Source: a virus | Virus record (IMG/VR): IMGVR_UViG_3300017963_000024 | Span: 1-64,000 of that record | Reading direction: 5' to 3' (one strand) | DNA length: 64,000 nucleotides | Shown here: positions 39,291 through 47,706 of the stretch, piece by piece | Layout: every line of letters begins with the position of its first letter | Numbering within the stretch: the stretch's first letter is position 1 | Notes under the pieces: generated by a model | The model's database searches: none | What the model was told of the DNA's origin: nothing | What the model saw: the letters and a program-made list of their open reading frames with translations, nothing else | Translations under genes and position numbers: made by a program

Positions 39291-39568
39291 AGGGGAACTA
39301 CGAAGAAGGGAAATTGGGGCGAACAGCGGCAGAGAGTCTGCTGGCGGCTGCCAACCTGATGGGAAACGAAGCAGAGGTTGATGCGTTCATGGACACGATC
39401 ATGCGGTCCCACCGTACTCTGCAACAGGGGGCGGGGCGTTTCATCCAAGCTTTGATCTTCAACACGGCGGAGGACAAGTGGGGCCACGATCTCCGTAATG
39501 AAGCGTGGGTGGAGTTCTGCAAGGCAGCCAAACCTCTCGTGTGGGACCACCCGCTGCCGTTCATGTAG
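39287..39568 (+). CDS. hypothetical phage protein
   Basis: HRTLQQ, DLRNEA, LPFM; strong SD. Confidence 0.65.
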   Translation: MKGNYEEGKLGRTAAESLLAAANLMGNEAEVDAFMDTIMRSHRTLQQGAGRFIQALIFNTAEDKWGHDLRNEAWVEFCKAAKPLVWDHPLPFM

Positions 39569-39622
39569 CAGGGGGAGCGGCTCGCCATAGCGGGCCTACC
39601 CTGCTATGGCGGGACTGCTAAC

Positions 39623-39651
39623 TTGACAAAGCTTTGGGCATTTGGTACAAT
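39623..39651 (+). promoter_or_regulatory. sigma70 promoter with AAGCTT in the spacer
   Basis: TTGACA-AAGCTTTGGGCATTTGG-TACAAT. Confidence 0.85.
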
Positions 39652-39707
39652 GTGCCACCATCGAGAAACGGGGATTTCCCCCACACACACAACGAAAGGA
39701 GGAAGCG

Positions 39708-40313
39708 ATGGCAGTAGATCTGAAGAAGAAGTTGGCGGCCTTGAAGGCGAAGGCTGCCGCCGCGAAGAAGGAGTCCAACGGGAAGGTGCCGAAGAAGGGT
39801 GCTTTCAAGGAGGACAAGAAGGCAGCGGCAAAGGTGAAGGGTGAGGTGAAGAAGAAGGGGAAGAAGGACTACGACCCGGACAAGGAGGAGTTGTTCGGCG
39901 GGATGACCGAGAAGGAGATGAAGAAGATCGAGCGGACGACCAATCCGAGGGAACTCGATGTCTCCACCCGGCGTTACCTCCCGCAGATCAACGAGACGTG
40001 TGCCATCCTCCGGCAGATCGAGAAGCTGAACGAGGAAGTCTTCTGCGCGGTGGGGACGTTGCTGTTCGACAGGACGGTGGCGGGAGAATTGAAGTGGGCC
40101 AACCAGTGTCTCAAGGCCAACGACATGGGGCTGGACTTCAAGGGCGAGGTGGATCAGCCTGTCGAGAAGGTGCTCGACGTTCTGTATCTGGCAGGGTTCT
40201 ACGTGGCGGAGGTGCAGAAGAAGCAGATTGCTTTGGCCCACCAGACGAGCAAGGCCAAGGCGGTGGTGCTGGCCGGGAAGGATTCCTGCAAGGTTGCCGT
40301 TGCCAAGGTGTAA
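39708..40313 (+). CDS. early hypothetical protein with Lys/Ala-rich N-terminus
   Basis: own promoter and SD; strongly biased codon usage. Confidence 0.7.
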   Translation: MAVDLKKKLAALKAKAAAAKKESNGKVPKKGAFKEDKKAAAKVKGEVKKKGKKDYDPDKEELFGGMTEKEMKKIERTTNPRELDVSTRRYLPQINETCAILRQIEKLNEEVFCAVGTLLFDRTVAGELKWANQCLKANDMGLDFKGEVDQPVEKVLDVLYLAGFYVAEVQKKQIALAHQTSKAKAVVLAGKDSCKVAVAKV

Positions 40314-40340
40314 AGCGGCTCGCCATAGCGGGGAGGAAAG

Positions 40341-40369
40341 TTGACAAAGCTTTCCTCCCTTGCTATAAT
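40341..40369 (+). promoter_or_regulatory. consensus sigma70 promoter with AAGCTT in the spacer
   Basis: TTGACA-AAGCTTTCCTCCCTTGC-TATAAT. Confidence 0.92.
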
Positions 40370-40424
40370 GTATGCACAGTGAGGGAAGGGATTTCCCCTT
40401 CCCCTTAGACGAAGGAGGAGCGAA

Positions 40425-40676
40425 ATGGCAACATCGAAAGACAGAGAGATCGAGAAGCTGCGGAAGGAACTGGCTGCCATGAAGTCGAAGAAGTCGAAGG
40501 TGGAGTCGGGTCTGAACCTCTCGGTCACGTCGGGCAAGAACAGGCTGGCCGTGGCGGGGCTGGCCGGGATCAAGGGCTACGTGTTCACGTTCAAGCGGGC
40601 GACGATCATGGACATTCTGGAGAACGCGAAGCGCATCGTCGAGTTCCTCGACGAGCACCCCGAGATCGAGGAGTAG
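40425..40676 (+). CDS. early hypothetical protein
   Basis: own promoter and SD; N-terminal coiled coil. Confidence 0.7.
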   Translation: MATSKDREIEKLRKELAAMKSKKSKVESGLNLSVTSGKNRLAVAGLAGIKGYVFTFKRATIMDILENAKRIVEFLDEHPEIEE

Positions 40677-41014
40677 ACCGCCGGAGCACGGCCCCCTTCG
40701 GGGGGCCGCCCCCTCCCGAAACGAACCGCTCCCCGAGGAGCGGCCAGCCATAGGAGGCGAGTATGACGTTGGCAGTACAAGTTTGCCGCGTCTGCCTCCG
40801 ACCGGAGAATCTCTGCAAGTGTACCGAAGCTCTCGAACGCGCCTATGCAGAGAGTGAAGGTCCTTGGATCATTCGGACGGAGGAGGAGATAGCGGCTTTG
40901 GATTGCAGGGGCAGACCATGAGCAAAACATTCAAGGATGATCGAGGCGATGGAGACAAACGTTACCGGCTGCTGATGAAGAAGGCGGAGCAGTCGAGGAA
41001 GGAACGGAGGAGGT

Positions 41015-41296
41015 ATGAAGCTTTCAGTCGAAGCGAAGAAAGAACTCGTCAGGGTCGTGGACAACACATGGAGCGCAATCGCAATCGACGTGCTCCAGTG
41101 CCTAGCTGATTGCGAAGGCAAGAAGGTCGAGGCGGTCACAGTGGACCGGGAGTCCGTGTGTGACTCTGTCCTCAACTATTGGGAAACGCACGGCGGGAAG
41201 ATGAGTGACGAACTCAAAACCTTCCTCCGTTCGGGAAGCGATCTGGTCAGGAAGTCTGTCCGGGGGTGTCTGAAGTTCTCCCGTTACGGACTCTGA
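41015..41296 (+). CDS. hypothetical protein
   Basis: GGAGGAGGT SD. Confidence 0.6.
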   Translation: MKLSVEAKKELVRVVDNTWSAIAIDVLQCLADCEGKKVEAVTVDRESVCDSVLNYWETHGGKMSDELKTFLRSGSDLVRKSVRGCLKFSRYGL

Positions 41297-41467
41297 CCGC
41301 TACGGGCTGCTCCCTCTGTCCCCCCGGAGGGAGCGGTCCACCTCCCAGCCGCTTAGGGGTCGCCGCACAAGCGGCGCAATCTTTTTTTTAGCAAGCGGTG
41401 CAAGACCAGCCGCGAAGCGGCTGCTCATAAGGGCAACCCATAGGTGGGGGATAAGCCGCCTCTCGAT

Positions 41468-41496
41468 TTGACAAAGCTTCAAAGCTTTGCTATACT
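41468..41496 (+). promoter_or_regulatory. sigma70 promoter with two AAGCTT in the spacer
   Basis: TTGACA-AAGCTTCAAAGCTTTGC-TATACT. Confidence 0.9.
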
Positions 41497-41528
41497 GTAA
41501 CCATCGAAAACAACCACGGAGGAAGGAC

Positions 41529-41996
41529 ATGAGAAAGACAAAGTATAGATGGCCCGCAATGACCAAGGCACTAGAGGCAAAGTACGAGAGAGCCAGAAAG
41601 GAGGTTCCGCGACTCTGGAACGGAATTGTGCTGGGACTCGGGGAAGAGTTCCTGCTCCACTGGAAGAACCAGAGAGAGTGCCATGATAACCGCGACCTCG
41701 AAGAAGTGTGGGAGGTGTGGAGGCACCTGACGAGTGGAGGTGGTGCCCGCCCCAAGACCCCGAACGACACCTACCGGATTGCAATGGCATGGCTCCCAAA
41801 GCTTGTCCACCGTACTACCTCCGCAGGTGAGGCAATCCGTTGGGTGCAGGGGGTTCTCAACGAAGACGGGGAACTGTCGGACAATGGTATCGCCATCCCC
41901 TTCTTTGCCGTCTCCCATCATGGGACAACCCGCGATGCTCTGGAGCACATTGCCATGAAGAGGCATGAAGAAGTCTTTGACATGGGTTCTTGCTAG
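41529..41996 (+). CDS. hypothetical protein
   Basis: GGAGGAAGG SD after the promoter. Confidence 0.6.
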   Translation: MRKTKYRWPAMTKALEAKYERARKEVPRLWNGIVLGLGEEFLLHWKNQRECHDNRDLEEVWEVWRHLTSGGGARPKTPNDTYRIAMAWLPKLVHRTTSAGEAIRWVQGVLNEDGELSDNGIAIPFFAVSHHGTTRDALEHIAMKRHEEVFDMGSC

Positions 41997-42057
41997 AAAG
42001 AGAGTGTGTGCGCGGCCCCCCGTGGGTGTGGGGGCCGCCGAACCATAGGAGGAGAAA

Positions 42058-42333
42058 ATGAAAGAACTACAGGGCAATGAATTCTTTGATCTGTTCGACC
42101 CGGAGGTTCACCAGACGCTCAAGGACGTGGCAAAGAAGTTCGACGCGGACGGGATGATCGTGTTCGAGAATCTCCAGATGGACTCCAGTCAGTTCGGGGA
42201 GCGAACTGCCGTGGTGTTCGGGTCATGCTGCACCTACAAGACGGCGCAGGACGCGGAGGGGAAGTGGCTGTACGATCTCCCGTCTCAGAGGCAGTACGCA
42301 ACGGCATGGGTGGATGCGGTGTGGTTGGATTAA
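42058..42333 (+). CDS. hypothetical protein
   Basis: AGGAGGAG SD. Confidence 0.6.
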   Translation: MKELQGNEFFDLFDPEVHQTLKDVAKKFDADGMIVFENLQMDSSQFGERTAVVFGSCCTYKTAQDAEGKWLYDLPSQRQYATAWVDAVWLD

Positions 42334-42358
42334 CAGAAAACCATAGCGCGGGTCCAGC

Positions 42359-42387
42359 TTGACACTCCTTCAAAGCTTTGCTATACT
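42359..42387 (+). promoter_or_regulatory. sigma70 promoter with AAGCTT in the spacer
   Basis: TTGACA-CTCCTTCAAAGCTTTGC-TATACT. Confidence 0.9.
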
Positions 42388-42414
42388 GGTTGCAAATGGA
42401 GGAAGGAGATTCCA

Positions 42415-42900
42415 ATGACCAGAACCTATGAAGTTTGTGATCGGTGTTCCCGCGTCGTCAGCAAGTGGGAGAGAGATGCGGGCTGGGCTGCCTGTCATGG
42501 ACGGGGAGTCATCGAGGTCCCCGAAGAGGCAGCTAAGGACTACGAGTCCTGCCGCCTCTGCGATGAGCCAGCCGTCGCTTACGTGGAGTGGGTGAGTGAT
42601 GCTGATGGGTGGGACCGCAGGACGGGGCTGGCTACGGTGGTCGAACAGGTCGAACGGTTCCCGTACTGTTTGGAGCACGTTCAGACGACCATCTCCGATG
42701 GTGACGCTATCGGGAGTGAGCCTGTTGAGCCGCTGACGTTCGAGTTTCTGCTCAATATCTCGCGGAGTCTGGAGGATGTCTATGACTTCTTCTGGTCCTG
42801 CATGAAACACAAAGGAGTCTACCACCCGAACCACAGGAAGCGTCGTGGTCTTGCGCGTGCCTTTCGGGGGATTGGAGGAAGGGTTCGCCGAGGAGGGTGA
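42415..42900 (+). CDS. Cys-rich hypothetical protein
   Basis: CDRC, CRLC, CLEH; SD present. Confidence 0.55.
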   Translation: MTRTYEVCDRCSRVVSKWERDAGWAACHGRGVIEVPEEAAKDYESCRLCDEPAVAYVEWVSDADGWDRRTGLATVVEQVERFPYCLEHVQTTISDGDAIGSEPVEPLTFEFLLNISRSLEDVYDFFWSCMKHKGVYHPNHRKRRGLARAFRGIGGRVRRGG

Positions 42901-43049
42901 AAGCCCTACCTCATCCACCCGGTAGGCGGAATCTTCGGATTCCGCCTATGGCTGACCCCCACCCGTGGGGCTGATCGTGCGTAGCACGCGGGATCGTGGG
43001 GAACACCTAGCGGGTGCTCATAACAGAAACCCATAAGCCGCTAGTCCAT

Positions 43050-43077
43050 TTGACAAAGCTTTTAGATTTGCTATAAT
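43050..43077 (+). promoter_or_regulatory. sigma70 promoter with AAGCTT in the spacer
   Basis: TTGACA-AAGCTTTTAGATTTGC-TATAAT (16-nt spacer). Confidence 0.8.
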
Positions 43078-43119
43078 GTAGTCACGTTGGAAATGAATCC
43101 AACAACAAAGGAGGAAGGT

Positions 43120-43689
43120 ATGCACGCAGAAGGAAAAGTTGGAGTAAGTGAGTTCGTGCGGAGGCAAACCCCGGAATCACGCTTCGGGCACTTCGAGGGA
43201 ACGTAGGAAGAACTGGTGAAGATGGTCGAGGCAGTTGAAGTGGAGAAGTGGGAGCGTGGCTACCGGGATGGTGTGTGGCTCGTCCCCATAACGCGGAGTG
43301 AGCCGTGGGGGGGTGCGGTACAGAGATTCTTCACCAGCATCGTTCCCACGAAAGGCCGAATCATGTACGGGAGGTGGGAGGCGAGGAGGCCGGGTGAGAA
43401 ACCTGTGATGGTCCGAACGGTAGCTGGTGACAAAACCAGAGCTAACTTCGTGGCAATCGTGCTCTACGAAGATTGGGTGCTCGCGGAAGACAACGAACGG
43501 TCCACCGACAAGAAGTACGAGATCATCTCCATCAACGCCTCCCCGTTGGACAAGGATGTTCCGATGACCCCGGAAACGATGAAGCGCAACATGAACCACG
43601 AGGCTGGGGGAACGAAGGGAACATACACAGACGAGGAGTTCGCGGAGTCGGAGGCTTTCTGGAAGGCTCACGCAATGGTGGAGAGGTGA
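43120..43689 (+). pseudogene. DUF3228-like gene interrupted by an in-frame TAG at 43204-43206
   Basis: SD + ATG 43120 reads MHAEGKVGVSEFVRRQTPESRFGHFEGT*EELVKMV..., in frame with GYRDGV, RRPGE, IISIN, PMTPETMKRN...GGT. Confidence 0.65.
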
Positions 43690-44610
43690 GATGCTGAAGA
43701 CGATGCTGGGCGGACTGGTGAAGGAGGGGCTGAAACAAACGAGTGAGTTCAGGAATCGCCCCTCCGGGTTGTATGACAGGAACGAGGAAGAATTGACGTT
43801 CGAGGAGGTTTTCAAACACCTCCTCGATGCGCTAAGAAAAGGATAATCTGCGAGCGGTGAGACGGATACCTTCCCCCGTCACCCGTGTCGAGGGGCAGTC
43901 TTTCGGGACTGCCCCTTTTTTTGTCCTCGTCGCTCTGTGGACGAGCGGTGCATTTGACTTGCTAGCGGCGCGCCTTACGCTTCGTGGAGGTCGTTCAGTC
44001 AAAGCTTTCCTGAAAACGCGCGGTGCAGCTTTTAACGGCAGACTCGACGCTTTTGGACCCCCCCCGAACAGAAGTTCGTACCCCCTGACCGACCCCCTGA
44101 CCGGGGGTGTCAAAGCTTTGACGGTGCCGTGAAGTGTCACATGGTCAAAGTTTGTCACTTTCCAAAAGTCAAAGCTTTTCGACCACTTAGGGGGGAAGGT
44201 TCAAGGAAATTCGACCTTTGTGTCAAAGCTTTGACGGTAGTGCGAACAAACGTTCACGATAGGACGTCAAGGACCGTGCCAAAAGCTTTGAACCTTCAAA
44301 GCTTTGACGTTGGCACGGTCCTAGCTACCATTCCGAACCATGATCGGTTCACGTTCCCCCCCTTCGGTTCCCCTTCGGTCAAGCCTTCCCCTTGGAAGGT
44401 GAGGAACCAAAGGGGATTCGGCACCTTCCAAGGTGAGCAGTCAGGGATTGCAGAATAATCGTGGCTCCTGATTGGCCGAACGAAGGTTCGGTCACGTCAC
44501 TCCAGTTCTGATGATCGAAACCTTGGAAGGGGTGACAGGGAAGGGGAACCCTTCCTACCGAATAAGAACCCAAAAGCTTTGAACCTACAACGATCAAGGG
44601 AAGGTGAGAA

Positions 44611-45663
44611 ATGGCTACTGACAAAACTGAGTTTGTTACTCCTGAAGGGTTTGTTTTCTACGTTCCTACCTCTGATGCCGATGTAATCATGCAACAGAGG
44701 AAGGAAGGCCGTCGAACCCTTCTCGAAATTCTAGAAGGAAGGGGATATGAGCCTTCCGAAGTGACCGAACCTTCCGAACCCTTGGAAGTGGTCAAAGGCT
44801 CCGAGCCTGAACTTCCGATTGAACTTACAGACGTGGTCAACGAACCGAAGGTTCAAACGAAGCCACTTCGGAGAACAATCGTTGACCGTTCCCGTGAGTC
44901 AAAGCTTGAAGAACTGACAAGCCTTCTGACTCAACAGAACGAAGCTTTGAAAGCTCAGTTGCTTGAACTGAGGAAAGAAGCCAACGGGAACGAACCTGAA
45001 GCCAACGAAGCCACTTCGGAAACGGTCAACGGTCCTGTCACTCCTGAAATGGTCGAAGCCTTTTTCGTTTCCATTCTGGCAACAATCGGAAGGGATGTTA
45101 AAGCCTTCGTTTCCACGTTCGTTCGGTTCACCTTCAAGCTTGTTTCCTTCACCTTCAAGCTTGCCACTTCCCCCCTTTGGGTTCCTATCAAGTGGCTTGT
45201 CCGGTTCGGATTGTACCTGAACGGAGTTTCCCCTTCGGGAACGGTCAAGCCTTCAGGAACCGTCAAGGCTTCGGTTCCTTCCGAACCTTCCGAACCTTCG
45301 GGAACGAAGGGAACGAAGGGAACGAAGGGAACGAAGGGAACGAAGGCAAAGTCAAAGCTTATCCCTGAAGCCACTTCCTACAAGGCTTTGACCGAACGAA
45401 TCCGAACGAACTTTGGTTACGGTGCCGACCGTTGGCTTTGTGGCTGGATTGCAAACGAAGGTGAGGAACCGGGAGACGTTCCCGAACTTTCCAAAAGCCC
45501 TAGGATTGCAGACACGTTGGCTTTCCTTCATGCAATCAAGGAACGTGTTTTCAACGGGAACGAAGCTTTGACCGTCAAGTGGTACAACGAACACGTTCGG
45601 CAAGACAACGAATGGAAGGTTCGGAAGGGGAAGGCTTCAGCTAACGTCTACATTTCAGAGTGA
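44611..45663 (+). CDS. hypothetical protein with coiled coil, amphipathic/hydrophobic segment and GTK repeats
   Basis: 350-aa ORF; GGGAAGGTGAG SD; downstream hairpin near 45672-45703. Confidence 0.7.
   Translation: MATDKTEFVTPEGFVFYVPTSDADVIMQQRKEGRRTLLEILEGRGYEPSEVTEPSEPLEVVKGSEPELPIELTDVVNEPKVQTKPLRRTIVDRSRESKLEELTSLLTQQNEALKAQLLELRKEANGNEPEANEATSETVNGPVTPEMVEAFFVSILATIGRDVKAFVSTFVRFTFKLVSFTFKLATSPLWVPIKWLVRFGLYLNGVSPSGTVKPSGTVKASVPSEPSEPSGTKGTKGTKGTKGTKAKSKLIPEATSYKALTERIRTNFGYGADRWLCGWIANEGEEPGDVPELSKSPRIADTLAFLHAIKERVFNGNEALTVKWYNEHVRQDNEWKVRKGKASANVYISE
45301..45345. repeat. 9-bp tandem repeat GGAACGAAG, five copies, encoding GTK
   Basis: read directly from the sequence. Confidence 0.9.
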
Positions 45664-45721
45664 AGCCAACGAAGGGGGGAACGTTCCTCAGTTCCCCCCT
45701 TTCCTGAAGGGAAGGTGAGGA

Positions 45722-45892
45722 ATGAACATCAGGAAGGCAAGGGGAAAGCTTTACAGGCTTGCAAGGGTACTCGGTGACGTTCAGGCAATGCTAGACGGTC
45801 CCGAAGCCTACGTGAAGAGGCTTGCAAGGAAACAAGCCTTGAAGGCTTCGGGAAAGTCGATCAACCATGCAATCAGAAGGAAGGGAAGGTGA
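45722..45892 (+). CDS. 56-aa basic protein (not in the ORF track), paralog of 39090..39290
   Basis: MNIRKARGKLYRLARVLGDVQAMLDGPEAYVKRLARKQALK...; same island SD. Confidence 0.7.
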   Translation: MNIRKARGKLYRLARVLGDVQAMLDGPEAYVKRLARKQALKASGKSINHAIRRKGR

Positions 45893-45896
45893 GGAA

Positions 45897-46196
45897 ATGG
45901 AAATGAACTTCAGAAGGAACTACAACGATCAAAGCTTGATAGTTCCCCTTTGTGGACTGTGCAACGAACGGACAACAATCAACGAATTAACCGTGGCTAC
46001 AGTGCAAAGGGAAGGTGAGGAACCGAAGGTGAAGGCCGTGTGCTTCGATTGCTTAGGAGCCTACTCCGACTCTGAAGTGTCGAAGATCACTCGGACGTCA
46101 ATCGTGAAGGTTCGACCTTTTCCCGTTCGGGAAACTGAAGGGGGGGAACTGAAGGAACGTTCCTTCGGTAGAGTTCACCGATTCAACGTGTACTGA
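45897..46196 (+). CDS. small Zn-finger protein
   Basis: CGLC...CFDC; island SD. Confidence 0.6.
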   Translation: MEMNFRRNYNDQSLIVPLCGLCNERTTINELTVATVQREGEEPKVKAVCFDCLGAYSDSEVSKITRTSIVKVRPFPVRETEGGELKERSFGRVHRFNVY

Positions 46197-46212
46197 CAAA
46201 GCTTGAACAACG

Positions 46213-46252
46213 AAGGGGGGGAAGGGGGGAACGTTCCCCTTCCCCCCTTTTT
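46213..46252 (+). terminator. Rho-independent terminator
   Basis: AGGGGGGAAGGGGG / CCCCTTCCCCCTTTTT hairpin plus T run. Confidence 0.7.
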
Positions 46253-46297
46253 CTGGCTTCGTTCCTTCAATCAAACGTCATTCTAAAAGCTTTGATA

Positions 46298-46484
46298 TGC
46301 AACGAACGTGCCACTTCCGAACCGTCAAAGCTTTGACACGTTCGGGAACCGTTGGCACAAAGCTTGCAAGCCAACAGACGTTTGGCCTAGTCAAACGATT
46401 CCCCTTCAAGGAACGTGCCAAGTGGCTTCCCCTTGCCAAGTAAAGCTTTGACAAAAAGTGGCACCGTAGCAACGAACGTGCCAA
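46298..46484. promoter_or_regulatory. cluster of sigma54 (-24/-12)-like boxes
   Basis: TGGCACGTTCGTTGCA (- 46298-46313), TTGGCACAAAGCTTGCA (+ 46352-46368), TTGGCACGTTCCTTGAA (- 46405-46421), TTGGCACGTTCGTTGCT (- 46468-46484). Confidence 0.65.
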
Positions 46485-46888
46485 GGCCAGTAACAAAATT
46501 TGACCATGCACGGCTAGCACGAAGCCATTTTTGGCTGACCGACCCCTGACCGGGGACCCCTCTCCGCACGAATTTTCGTTCGTACCCCCTCTTTAGGACC
46601 CCCTCGAAAATATAGCGGAAAAATCTATCAAAACTTGGAAATTTGGCGGAAAAATTTATCAAGTTTTGAGGACTGCCTTAATGCGAGCGGGGGGAAATGG
46701 TGAAATGTGTGAATTGAAAAAAGTTTCGTTGTGCAGTGGAAGATTTCCGCTCGGCGTGCTAGGGTCCCATGTGTAAGCTGGCAGTAGGTCGAATAGCTAG
46801 AAAGGAGTATGCACGATGGAAGATGCCGAAGTGGTCGAACTGGTCATGGCCCTGTCCCGCGAGATCGGGTGGAGGAACGAGGAGGAGT

Positions 46889-47195
46889 GATGGACACAAT
46901 TGACGCTGAACACTGGTCACGTCTACAAGACATCTGGAAGCGACTCGATGACCTCAAGTGTGACATTCGCGGCATTGGGGCCGACGACCAGCGGATTGAT
47001 AGCCAAGTGGATGATGTGGTCGAGCTACTCTACACGGCACAGTGCCGCGTGGAGGAAGCGCAGGGTGCCATCGCAGACCACTATGACGAGATGATTGAAC
47101 AGAAAAACCAGCGCATTGAGGAGCTGGAAGAAGAGGTTGCCAGACTAAAGAAACCCGGCTCAGTAACCGCAGCCCGCGAGACTGAGGAGGAGTGA
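46889..47195 (+). CDS. coiled-coil hypothetical protein
   Basis: GGAGGAG SD; start approximate. Confidence 0.5.
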
Positions 47196-47706
47196 GATGA
47201 GGGCTACCGACACGCGAATTGTTTACGGCGCTAAGTGTACGTGGTGGGACGTAATCCAGACCGTCGCTACGCTCCCCCCGCGCATAGGAGATCGTGGTCT
47301 GGCGGGTCTACCATGCTGCCCACACTGCGACAGCGTCCTGATATTTGAGGTGGATGCCGCAACCGCGTGGCGCAACGTGGACGAATACGAACGGGATGGT
47401 CATCCGGGTTATAGGGCCATGATGGAGTGGGCATGGAAGAAATGCTTCCCGTCGAGGGTATGGACTTGGAGTTCGAGGACGGTTACGGCTTCCGCATCGA
47501 CTACATCAACGTGAAGCTGCCCAATGGTGAGATCGTCCTGTCCGAGAAGGAGGAAAGGTTGCAGATCAGCAGTGATCCACAGCACCTCCGCGATGCGATG
47601 GTACATCTCGACAAGCTTGCCGAAGAGTGGATAAGGAACGGATGGTCTGTCACCCGTTCGCCTGACATCAAGAAGATCGCAAATGAAGAGCGAGAGAGGA
47701 GGGCGA

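Larger units (their letters stand above)
44040..46620. other. compositionally distinct island bounded by repeats; probable genome end / terminal repeat
   Basis: shared boundary motifs, CAAAGCTTTGAC arrays, sigma54-like boxes, doublet-rich sequence, distinct SD GGGAAGGTGAG. Confidence 0.5.

Noticed and set aside
39618-40751. 377-aa minus-strand ORF
   Set aside because: Antisense shadow of codon-biased + strand genes that have their own promoters and SDs.
43204-43206. Genome-wide TAG reassignment
   Set aside because: Many genes end in TAG directly followed by the next SD (e.g. 375, 16513, 22644), and long genes are uninterrupted in the standard code.
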